Positions 23,038 to 33,312 of a DNA stretch of 37,643 nt are shown here, one piece after another (the stretch's first letter is position 1; each line of letters opens with the position of its first letter). The position numbers were made by a program, and so were the translations under genes. The DNA lies in contig ML002366.1 of NCBI GenBank assembly GCA_003614675.1, forward strand, positions 1 to 37,643, written 5' to 3'. The DNA comes from Dimargaris cristalligena. Taxonomy: Eukaryota. The notes beneath the pieces are model-generated. The model was not told where the DNA came from and searched no databases. It saw only the letters and a list, made by a program, of their open reading frames with translations.

Positions 23038-26000
23038 ATGTTTACCCCACAATCGAGCCAAGCGGCCAGTAGTGGTGCGTTTATAACTCCGCATTCGGGC
23101 GCGCGCCATCCCAGTGTTCCTGCTTCCACCACTAAGGCTGCCGTGCCTACCCCCGCCTCCACCCCCACCCCTATCCAAACTCCGACCGTCGCCGTCCCGT
23201 TTACGCCGTCCGTCATGCCTGTTCAGCTTGATCTGAACAAAATCCCGTTAGCTATGCTATTCCAAGCGGAGCCCGTGGCTGAGCAGATCCTGCAGACCTT
23301 GGAGAGCGAACAACTGCTCCGTTTAGAGCGCGTGATCCAGAATGTCTACCGGCGTCGCCTGCCTTTTGCCCGTCGTACTCATAGCGTTAGTGGTGGCTCA
23401 CCATCTCTAACGCTGGGCAGTGTCACACCGACCGGCCGGCCCTCTATATCTAGTGAAATGTCGGCCAGCCTCACCCAGCTCCAACTGCGGTCCCACCATT
23501 CCGCCAACGGGTCGCCGGCCATCACCCCTGACACCGCCAATCGGTTGTCGGACGTCGACGGCCTGACTTCGGCTCACCTGGCTGAGCTGCCTGGCCTCAC
23601 CTCCGCACCGCTAGAATTAGCTCCCGCACCTACTTCGGGCCATAGTACCCCCGTTGGCCATAAACGCAAGGCCTCCGACTCCGTCGATGAAGCCATCGGT
23701 GACGACGATGACGATGATGATGACGCCGACAACGACCATATCCATGAACAGCTCGATGACCAACTGGTCCATCGCTTATTGGCGCAGGTCGCCAATCACG
23801 ATATGGCCAACGTCGACTCTCTCAATCTCGAACATGACTATCCGCTGCTAACCTCCAACGTCCTGCGCCCCGACGGCTCCGCTGATTCCACCGCTATTGC
23901 CAGTCCGGCCACCGACCAGTCCCCGGAGGTCAAGTCCCGTCCCAATTTATCGAGCCCCATGGCCGGGGCCGCAGGGGGTGAACTCGAAACGGTTTTAGAG
24001 GAAGACATCGGCGGTGAGCCGGACGTATCGTTTGAGTTTGTTTCCGATGACGAAGGTAGCTGCCAAGTCACTAAAACCACCTACGCCCCCATCAAGGAGA
24101 AGACCATCGATGGGATTCAATGGATTCAGTTCGCCTACACCACCAAGGGGGTGACCACGGACTACTCTGTGCGTGTAGATATTGAGCAAGTAAATACTGA
24201 TGACCTCAGCGAGGAGTTTAAGCAGCGGACCGCAATTTACCCTAGAGCGTACGTGCTCTATAACGAGTACAAAGGCAACCGTTGGAATTACGAAACGGAA
24301 TGCAACCGCTTAGCCTGGTCCCTAGCTCATCTAAATCCCAAATTGGCATCGGAGAAGCGCGGCATTCTGCAGCGTGCAGTTGACAGCTATCGCAACCGGC
24401 GGCCTGACCTCAAGAGCCGTCGGGTGATGCGACAGGAAAAGCTCAATAATGGTACCCTGCGTAAGCGGTCGTCCAGCAAGGATATTTACACCCATGCCCA
24501 GCCCCTCGGTACGATGGGGCCGGGAAGTGGTTCAACCACCCCCACATCTGCGGGGATGGTCATGGGCTCTGCCCAGGCCGGCCCCGCATCATCCGGTGCA
24601 GGCCAAGCTCCCGGCTTTTACACCAATGCCAATTTTAACCGCTTCAACCGGAAGAAGTCCGCCTCCCTTTCCGGGAACCCTTCCCCCCAGTACCCGCAAG
24701 GCTGCTACCCCCTCTCGGTTGTGACCCCCCAAGCGGTATCCGTTCCCTACCCCTACGGACCTTATTCCGCTTCGTTAGCCCACCGGCGGTCAGGGTCAGC
24801 TAATGGCGGTGGCCTGCCTTTGGTGCTTCCCACCAACCCTTCCAACCCCAATATGCTGAATCCAAACATGCCAATTAGCGCCACCTTCCCTATGGGCTTC
24901 AATATTCCATTGGCCATTGGTTCGCCACTGATTATCCGCAATGACTCCCATCCTGGTGGCATGTTGGCTTCCCCGGGTACCCCGTTCTACCCGCCCGGTT
25001 CAGTACCCCCTGGTACCCCTGGTTCGGGCATTCCGCTGATGAATCCTTCAACCCCATCCACCGCGGTTCCCCTTCACCGACCCGGGTCTAGGGGTTTGAC
25101 CAGTATCAGCCACGCCCAGGGTTCGCTGTTACGAGAGAATGCTCCCGCCCTCGGTCGTCGCCGGGCTACTATGGTGGAGCACGATCACAAGATGCAGCGC
25201 CTCTCGGCTGACTACCCGCTTTCCGCTGGACTCCAAGCGCCAGGCGGCCACGCCATGCAGTTTTCTTCCAGCATGGCCAATCGGTTTGCGGAGACCCGTC
25301 TGCGTGCCAATAGTTTAAGCAGCGTGCACAATGCGTCGCCTACCGGAAACTTCTTGCCTTCTCTGGCCGAAGACATGTCTAATCCCACCACCCCGACGTT
25401 AGCCATGGCCCCCGGGTTTGGTTCGACCCCGACCTCGGTCTCTGGCATCGGCGCCAGTGCTACTACCCCTTCTCCCCTTCGCCGTTCCACCGTGGACTAT
25501 AGTAGCAACATGACCCACTCGACCCCGGAATACCACACTATTAACGTAACTGTTAATGGACAGGCCACCCAGTTTGCCCTGCGTATGGATATACAATCAG
25601 TCGATCCCTCCATCTTGTCCCCTGCTTTCAAATCAGCCAATGCCGTGCATCCACTGGCCTACCAGATGAGCCTCGACGGTATGGTGATGTCAAATGAGGG
25701 TAGTTCATCGGGGTCGCAGTCCGGTGATCACATGTCTCCTGCGGCGCTTCAGTATAATTCGATGGATAACGAGATCGGCTGGCGCTTAGTGGCACTCAAT
25801 CTAGCGTCCCTCCAGGAAAATCGTGATTTAACCGGCCAAGTCGTAGCGACTTATCGGGCGATTTACGGTGGTTCGACTCTTCTTAATAATAATGGGGGGA
25901 ATTTTAACCCCGTTCCCGTTTCCCAGGCCACTTCTTCCTATGGCGGTATGGTTGGGGAGGTAGCCCATCATGAAGCCTCGAGTACTTCTATGCCGTCCGC

Positions 26001-26451
26001 CCAGGGGACTGGTTATATGACCAATGGGCTTAGCCAAAGCCCCGATCGATCCATGCATTCGGGGTCACTGAATTCGAGCTGTCCGCCAGTCCAATTGTCC
26101 TTTAGCGCCAACTCGACGGATGGCCCGGGTGGACTCTCCATGGTGACCCACCAGGCTTCACCAGTCCCGGTCTCCCAGGTTCAACTCATAAGTGGCCAAT
26201 ACACTACCGTTGATACCACCTCCAAGCCTTTCAGCGCGGCCCAATTCCAGGAATTCATGATGTACCAGCAGAATGAGCTACACAACCATAACGCGGCGGC
26301 GGTTTCGGATGCCATGGTCATGGTGCCTAATCAATTTGTCATGGCTGATTTTCCGAATCCAATGTCCAACAATATGCACACCACTGGTGTCTCCGGTGAT
26401 ATGGACCTGGACGGGTTTGCCCGGGCCATTGAACAACATCCATCAACCTGA
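23038..26451 (+). CDS. 1137-aa mostly disordered protein with two copies of an uncharacterised conserved fungal domain; putative nuclear regulator
   Basis: Long ORF. Globular segment IDGIQWIQFAYT...YSVRVDIEQV...LSEEFK...IYPRA...YKGNRWNYETECNRLAWSLAHLNP...KRGILQRAVDSYRN...KSRRVMR (about 24091-24440) and a degenerate second copy (about 25531-25860). NLS-like HKRK and acidic D-run. Confidence 0.88.
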   Translation: MFTPQSSQAASSGAFITPHSGARHPSVPASTTKAAVPTPASTPTPIQTPTVAVPFTPSVMPVQLDLNKIPLAMLFQAEPVAEQILQTLESEQLLRLERVIQNVYRRRLPFARRTHSVSGGSPSLTLGSVTPTGRPSISSEMSASLTQLQLRSHHSANGSPAITPDTANRLSDVDGLTSAHLAELPGLTSAPLELAPAPTSGHSTPVGHKRKASDSVDEAIGDDDDDDDDADNDHIHEQLDDQLVHRLLAQVANHDMANVDSLNLEHDYPLLTSNVLRPDGSADSTAIASPATDQSPEVKSRPNLSSPMAGAAGGELETVLEEDIGGEPDVSFEFVSDDEGSCQVTKTTYAPIKEKTIDGIQWIQFAYTTKGVTTDYSVRVDIEQVNTDDLSEEFKQRTAIYPRAYVLYNEYKGNRWNYETECNRLAWSLAHLNPKLASEKRGILQRAVDSYRNRRPDLKSRRVMRQEKLNNGTLRKRSSSKDIYTHAQPLGTMGPGSGSTTPTSAGMVMGSAQAGPASSGAGQAPGFYTNANFNRFNRKKSASLSGNPSPQYPQGCYPLSVVTPQAVSVPYPYGPYSASLAHRRSGSANGGGLPLVLPTNPSNPNMLNPNMPISATFPMGFNIPLAIGSPLIIRNDSHPGGMLASPGTPFYPPGSVPPGTPGSGIPLMNPSTPSTAVPLHRPGSRGLTSISHAQGSLLRENAPALGRRRATMVEHDHKMQRLSADYPLSAGLQAPGGHAMQFSSSMANRFAETRLRANSLSSVHNASPTGNFLPSLAEDMSNPTTPTLAMAPGFGSTPTSVSGIGASATTPSPLRRSTVDYSSNMTHSTPEYHTINVTVNGQATQFALRMDIQSVDPSILSPAFKSANAVHPLAYQMSLDGMVMSNEGSSSGSQSGDHMSPAALQYNSMDNEIGWRLVALNLASLQENRDLTGQVVATYRAIYGGSTLLNNNGGNFNPVPVSQATSSYGGMVGEVAHHEASSTSMPSAQGTGYMTNGLSQSPDRSMHSGSLNSSCPPVQLSFSANSTDGPGGLSMVTHQASPVPVSQVQLISGQYTTVDTTSKPFSAAQFQEFMMYQQNELHNHNAAAVSDAMVMVPNQFVMADFPNPMSNNMHTTGVSGDMDLDGFARAIEQHPST

Positions 26452-27727
26452 TTGTCAAGGGTTTGTTGCGATATAATCGAAGAACACACCTGGCCGTTCA
26501 CCTATTTGTGATCCCAGGGATTATTTCATTCTTAACTTGTCGTTTCTTTTCGACTTTGCTTTGTTTTCCGCATCTCTCCGCCTTTCGAACGACTGTCTTT
26601 GTCGTTCGATATTATTTTTCCCCACCGAAATTCCCGCGATTTCAGGGGGTAGGATGATGATTAGTACAATTCGGAGGGTTCTTGTTTCTATACGTATTCC
26701 TTATGGCACCCATTCATGTAACTTTTTTTTTGTATGCCATACCTGCCCTCCCACCCCCTTTTTGCGCCATGTCTTTTCTATGAATATTTCACCCCTCGCC
26801 TCCTCTATACGGTGGGGGCAAGATTGGGAGGGGGGTCCTTAAAGGAAAAGTGCACTCCGATACCCTAAGGCGAGGTAATGGACATGCTAGTGTCTAACGA
26901 TCCTTTGCCTGGGGAACGGAGTGCCCTTGATCCACCATGTAAGGACTCACCTGAATTTTATTTCATTTCTTTTTATGTACAGTTATCTTCTTATTTACGC
27001 TATCTCGCTTCGCCCGGACACACCTCAGCCTATTTATGCATCTAGCACCAGCAGCGCCCATTTGATACATTGGCCCCCCTTGTCCCAATTATCCGCCATG
27101 CCATTTCCCTACTACGGTACCCTCAACGACCCAATGTTTTTTCTTTCAATGACCTGATCCTTACCGATACCTGCCACTTGATCTAAAAGAACTTAGTTTT
27201 TGTTAGTTTAAATCCCGGTTTCCTTCTATTACGCCTATCTATCTAGTTTGTTTATATATATATACATATATATACAAATACTCCTTTATTTTACTATTAC
27301 TATTATATTCGACACATTACCCCTCCGTTTCTTACAATGCCACCCTACCCCCATTCCTAAAACCACTTCCCTGTTTCTGTATTAATAGACCTTTGAGTAG
27401 GAGGATCATATTCCATTCTCCAGCCATGCTCTCGTGGCTGGGTTGAAAATCAGTTTTGAAATTCGCATTATCAGTTAGCACTAAAACAGTTTAACTACTC
27501 AGTTGATTTAATAATGGTGCGTTAAAATGCGTATGTTACTAAAAAAGCGAACTAAAGTGGGTGGCTGGATTATAGTAACACGCAATAAAAACAGCTCTTT
27601 TGTGCTAAATGTATTAGTTAGAACAATATTTAATGCAAACGTCTCTACCATGCATATTTACTAACTCGGCCACGTGCTAACCAAGTTCCAAACTATCCAC
27701 ATGGATGCAAAATCGACGTTGGATCGT

Positions 27728-30700
27728 TTACCACAGATCATCGCTCAGATCGAACACGTGGTTCACAATATCTTGGTGGCTAACAATAGCGGTACTGCCA
27801 ATAATGATCTAGAATCGCAAACATTATACCGGCATATCGATCGGGGAAGATGTTGTAAAAAAAGGGGGGGTTAGTGACAGCCTCGTAAAGGATAGCTAGC
27901 TAATAAATAAATCCAGCGACAGTTGCAGGCAAACATGAGGTGCGCTTACGAAGTTTTATCAATAAAGGATACAATAAGGAATGCGTGCATCTACTTAACG
28001 GACTTATTAAAAAAAACAAGTGGTTACAAACAATGCTTTAGTTACTACTTACCTTGGGCGCCTGGGGATAATGCTTTTGTAATTGCTGTCGCACCTGTTG
28101 AATCTCCCAGAAGGTGATGCCCCCCACAACGAACAGGTAAACGGGTCCCTGGGTCTGACTGAACGGATGGGCCGTAGCCGTTTTAACGAGTCGACTTAAT
28201 CCGGCGAAGTAGCCCGACAGACCCGAACCACCGGTACTAGTACCCATACCTGAACCCGTCGGCGTACCCTCACCACCGCTACCGGCACCGATGCCAGCGC
28301 CGACTTTGGAAGTGCTGGGGTGGTATTGCAAGTCGGCAAACAGCCGTTTACCGAGTTGGTCCAGGGATCCGTGTCGGGACCGGCCGGTCAAAGGAGAGGC
28401 CGGTGATTCCGAGGGGGTCGCTCCCGTGGGGTCCGTTTCCCCCAGGGCTTGGACGAGACGCACAACGAGAGGCACATAAGGATCCGCTACGCCGGGAGTT
28501 TGTAAGCGGTGGAAATAACCCAGGCCCCGACGGGCGTCGGCCACGGGTCGAAGGTGTCGGAAAAGATCCCGGATCCAAGCCCGAAACCGGTCGCGGGCAG
28601 CCTCGCCATCACGATTATTGGAGTTAGAGTTGGAGTTGGAGGTGGTGGTGGTTGAGGCAGTTTGGGTCCACCAGCGTTCAAATGAAGTATCCAATCGATC
28701 CAGAAAGTGGGTCTCCGGTTCGGTGAAGGACGGATCCGAAGTTGACGTAGTGGAGGTGGGGGGGATGGCCGATGGTCCCACCATCGAATAGGCCATTACC
28801 AAAAGGGAGAGCACGACCCGGAAAGTGTACGGCGTGGTTATTGAATGGCTCGGGGAAAGCCCGGGTTCAGCTGAGACTCTTTTACCACCATTATTTTCCC
28901 CCTTCACCTCTTCCCTCTCCTCCACCACCTCCCGCCACGCACGGGGAAAACTCGAGGCGTCCGGCAACACATCCAGAACCCGTCCCAACCGTTCGATACT
29001 TTGTTCCACCGAAGCGGGCCCTGCCGTTTCGCCCTCCAAGTCTTCGGCGCGGGCGGTTAATAGAAGCACCTTTTCAATCCCTCCGCGAATGTCGTCCCAC
29101 TGCTGGGCCGTCGCTTGCTGCAAAGTTTCGATGCACGCCGTCGTCGTAACGAGTGGGGTGAGGGACTTGCGCCAGCGGGCGGGGTAACCCTCCCCACTGC
29201 AGGCCGTGATAACCTTCTGGAGTTGGGCAACGGTTACTTTCCCGAGGGCCTTGGGGGGTTTGACCTTGGGGAAATGCCCACCTTGCGCAAGCGTATCCGC
29301 CAGCTTTTTGCGCACCAGAATCAAACCCTCTTTACTGTTGAGAGGAATGAGTTGGTCGAGTTGGAAATGGCCCGGATAGGGGTGGGGCTGGTATGATGAA
29401 AGGGCACTGGCGAGGGAATAGGGGAGGGGCGGGGGAGTATCATCGTGGTCCAGGACCCGGGTCTGGGAGAGATTGGTGCTGGTATTGGTATTGGTGGATA
29501 GGGGGGATGGGGTCGAGCGAGCCCGCTGACCCAAAGGAGTCGTCGCCCCCCCTCCCGAGGTACTGTTGTTACCGTCCGCTGAGTGAGCGTGGGGCGGGGT
29601 TACTTCCCGGTCGATGGGATTTTCGCCCAATTTAGGCAGCGCCTGGAACAATTGGTCGGCCAGGTGGTCGGTATGCATGACCGGTGCCACCAAATCCAGA
29701 CTCCGGTCGACCATAATCAAGGATACGGGCGTCTTTGGCGTAGGGCCCGTCGGTATGGGACTATGAATCAATTGCTCAGCCATACCCACCGCCACCTTGC
29801 GGGCGAATTTGCCCAAGGTGAATAATTCGGGTCGCTGGCCTTGGCCATGGAAAAATGCCATTAGGGTCTGACTCAATTCACGGGCCTGGTCGGTCACTTG
29901 GACGTACAGCTGGGCCAGTTGTTCGGCGGACTCGGCGGTATCAGGTACGGCGGGGGAAAATAAGTGGTCGCAGTCCGGCAGCGTGAACACGTCCGGAGTC
30001 AACGCAGCGTGGTTGAGGGGGGCGTAATAAATGTGGACACTAGGTGGCGGCGGGTGATCAGCGTTGGTTGAAGAAGACGCTGCATGAGGGTGAGTGGGGG
30101 GAGGTGGTTGAGACCAATGCCTAATGACGGCTATCATCGAATCAAATGAGGATAGGAGGGCGTCATGATCGGAGCGGCTGCCGGAGCGCGACCGTCCCGA
30201 GGGGCTCAGCAGAGACCGCCGGGGGGATGATGGCTCTGCTACTACCGTACCTGGACTTCCAGTGAGGCCCCGTTGGAGAGGTTCCGGTACCCCCGTGAAG
30301 ATATGGAATTCGGAATACCGATGGTGACGAAGGAGAATTTGCAGCTCCGCTTCGTAGTGACGGATATCCCGAGCCAGACAGACGATCGCCACCGATGGTT
30401 CCGGTAGGCCTAACGGTAAAGGGAGGGGGGGGGACGATAGTAGGGGTTGGCCATCATGGTCACCGGAGGTGTTGGGGCTCGGGTGCTGCTTGTCTTTGGA
30501 ACCGGCCCCCGCGTCCGGTCCCCAATCCCAATCCCCCCAGCCTTCGCCCTCCTCCTCCTCTTCACCCTCGTCCGTATCGCTAGGGTCGGCCTGTCGAGCA
30601 GAAGGAGGGCTGGCCAAAATAATACGGTCAACCTCATCCTGGAGTCCCTTGACCAGACGAGCTCCGCCTTCGGGGGCTGTCGACCCAGGTGGGCCGTAGA

Positions 30701-30830
30701 GTTCGGCTATTAAGTTAGGGCGGAGCCAGGGAGCGGCTTTTTGCACCGCTCGGTCCAAGTAGACGACGGCATCGGGGAGGAAAGGCGAGGTAAATAGGTT
30801 GGTCCAGAATGCCTGGGCAGTGGTGTCCAT
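27728..30830 (-). CDS. SCFD2: Sec1/Munc18-family protein, SCFD2/MIP3-like; exons 30830-28053 and 27808-27728
   Basis: MDTTAQAFW...AVVYLD N-terminus, VSLIMVDRSLDLVAPVMHTDHLADQLFQALP and HP...YLFVVGGITFWEI resemble SCFD2. Splicing at AAG|GTAAGT adds in-frame IIIGSTAIVSHQDIVNHVFDLSDDLW*, the expected Sec1-family terminal strand. Upstream exons may extend the N-terminus. Confidence 0.85.
27809..28052 (-). other. 244-nt spliceosomal intron in the SCFD2-like gene
   Basis: GTAAGT donor at 28052, CACTAAC branch point about 27870-27876, TAG acceptor at 27809; phase 0 restores the IIIGST motif. Confidence 0.88.
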
Positions 30831-32448
30831 TGCGATAACAGGCTTCTCAGGAGAGATGTTGTCTAAGAGTGGGTGAAAAATTGACTGCCCATATGCAATA
30901 GCAATGGAAAATAGTGTTAGAGTATGTAAATGCAAAGGTGAATAGCGTAAATGGGAATGGGAACCAACGTTGAAAGGATACTATTGGATGGCACAATGAG
31001 GTCCCCTAACCTGTCCTGCTGGTCATTGGGGCCTCAGTTCCCCCAGGGTTGTCCAGCATGTGGCCAACTTGGAGGGGATTCCTCCGTCGGACTAAAGGCC
31101 GTTCTTCACTTAACAAACCACCAGTGCCTAGATAATTGACATCGGACGCTTTTCTTACCCGTGGCCTAGGAAGACGAGGCCTGTGTGTGTGGCTCCCTCC
31201 CTGCAGAAGCATTACGCTAATACAATAGTTGCCTAATTGGCTATAATAGATTTGTAATGTTGCATAGGGAGGGGGGGGGGACAGGCCAGTATCGACCGAC
31301 TCACTTGCTTTCCAAGAGCCATGCCCTCATTCTTAATCGGCCCGTTTGACTGGAACTAGCCATCCTCTTTGACCACTTCCATTGCGATAAGCGCTCCAGA
31401 GTTAGACCAGGGCGATAGGGCGAGGCTAAGAGGTTTGCGGCTAGAATGTCAACGATGTTGCCAACTAGCACCTCCGAGAGACCGCCCATGTGTAAAGCGG
31501 CTCACAGGGCCATTCCACTTACTATAAAAGATGTGGTGGGTGGTACAGAATGGGTTGTCGCGCGGTGTGGATGAACTGTGTTAAGTTCGTCTCAATGAAT
31601 GTCCGGGTTCATGTACTGACAAGCCCAAATCAATAGACTAAAGGGGAATTAAGGAAAGGAGGATATGATAATACTAACCGAAAATATGTGGAGCGGCATG
31701 ATAGCCAAATACTCAAACTACCAGGTGGACTTATCTAATGGAATATAGTAGGCGGCCCATTATATGCCATATAGCCGCAAAGGCCCTGACCCTTACCTTA
31801 GAAGAGCCCCTAGATAGTATGGTTTACTTCCCATCAGTAGTCTGGAGCATTATTTTAGCGGGGATACGGGTAGCCGAATGGATATTTAGAACATTATCGG
31901 TGAGCCCTAGGGCCTCGGACGGTTAAAAAACCCCACCTGTGATAAGCCGTGGAGAAAAGGAAGTAGGTCATAGACTGTCCGCGAAAGTCGGGATTAAGTT
32001 AGCCCGAAAGTGTGACCAATCGGCCAAGGCTGTGTAGTCTACCCTCGCCCTAAAGTCCGCGCTCTATTATATATATATATATAATGTATAATAATCGGAA
32101 ACTGATGCCCCACTAAGAATTCCCAATGATGCAGTGCATGTAACGCCGAAGTGGAAGAGGGGCCTCGGCTGAGTCTTCGGCGGTGACAGTAGTCGGGGTG
32201 CACAGGCCGATCACCGAACAGCTTCCGTATTACCGATGCCGTAATTTTAGCGGCTTTGCCATGCGATCTCGCGGGTCTCCTATAAATAGAAGTCCATAAT
32301 GAACGAAATGACGCCTCCAAGTAAAAATACCCTACGTTTCCACTTGTCGGCCACTTACTTCAACGAAGTCAGCCAAGGCTATCCGGAGTGAGGCATAGAG
32401 GTTCTAATAGCTAGCAGTAACATGCCAACCCTGATATCGCACCGTGCC

Positions 32449-32456
32449 TATATAAA
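32449..32456 (+). promoter_or_regulatory. TATA box of the repeat-precursor gene
   Basis: TATATAAA about 175 nt upstream of ATG 32629, followed by a CT-rich leader. Confidence 0.6.
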
Positions 32457-32628
32457 CCCGGAACCCCGCGTCCTTTATTTTCAACATCATCCGCTTCATC
32501 TTCCATCCTATCTCTCTTGAGCCCTCAGCAGCCAACAAATCCATCTCCCCCAGATTGTTCCTTGGGAATATTGCACCTCTATTTTATTTTTACACCACTA
32601 CTGAAAGTCCATTGATTTTCCTGTCACC

Positions 32629-33312
32629 ATGAAGGTCTCCATCGCTGCTTTGCTTCTCGTGCTTCACATCGCACTGGTCCACTCCGCCCCCGTGGCCCAT
32701 TCTCAGTCTACCGTCACTGCCATTGATGCCACTAACCCGAAGGCGAGTCTGACTGGTGACCTGTCGACTCCGACGGAGCACCAACACCAGCATATCAAAC
32801 GGGATGGTTTGACGACCGGTTTCCAACGCTTCGACCATCGTGGGGAAGTCGAAGATAACGAAGATGGTGGCGAAGAACTCCCTAGCTGGGATGACGAATG
32901 GGTCAACCAGGAGGAGAACGAAGCCACTCCTGACCAGGCTCTCTACCGCCATTATTACGACTACGAAGGCGAAGACCAGGAAGATTATGAGTGGGACAAC
33001 CGGGAGGAAAATAGCGGCATTGGCCAGGCTCTCTACCGCCGCGACCACAGCCACGGCCACGACCACGATTACGAAGGCGAGGGTCAAGAGGAGGAGGATG
33101 AATGGGATAGCCAGGAGGAAGATGAGTGGGATGGTCAGGCTCTCTACCGCCGCAGCTACGACCACGGCCGCAACCGCGGCGGCGAAGATATCGAACAGCA
33201 GGCCTACCGCCGCGACCACGACCAGGAAGAAGACTACAGCGACAATGACTACAGCGGCGATGATGACGGCGAGTGGAGTGAGTGGGACAGTGAAGACGAG
33301 GGTAAGAACTAA
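32629..33312 (+). CDS. Secreted Kex2-processed repeat protein (KEP-like, 227 aa) with acidic QALYRR-terminated units
   Basis: Signal MKVSIAALLLVLHIALVHS|AP; IKR at aa 56-58; units ending QALYRH, QALYRR, QALYRR, QQAYRR; D/E-rich with repeated EWD and DYEGE; TATA and CACC-ATG context. Confidence 0.85.
   Translation: MKVSIAALLLVLHIALVHSAPVAHSQSTVTAIDATNPKASLTGDLSTPTEHQHQHIKRDGLTTGFQRFDHRGEVEDNEDGGEELPSWDDEWVNQEENEATPDQALYRHYYDYEGEDQEDYEWDNREENSGIGQALYRRDHSHGHDHDYEGEGQEEEDEWDSQEEDEWDGQALYRRSYDHGRNRGGEDIEQQAYRRDHDQEEDYSDNDYSGDDDGEWSEWDSEDEGKN
32935..33151 (+). repeat. Three exact copies of the 16-mer CAGGCTCTCTACCGCC (coding QALYR)
   Basis: Copies at 32935-32950, 33025-33040 and 33136-33151 (periods 90 and 111 nt, both in frame); a variant CAGGCCTACCGCCGC at about 33199. 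Confidence 0.9.

Noticed and set aside
28038-28052. ORF-track C-terminus VSSN* of the SCFD2-like protein
   Set aside because: Read-through into an intron; the true end is the exon at 27808-27728.
32935-33151. Direct repeats with unique spacers as a CRISPR-like array
   Set aside because: Repeats are 16 nt, in frame within a eukaryotic CDS, with spacers of 74 and 95 nt and no cas genes.
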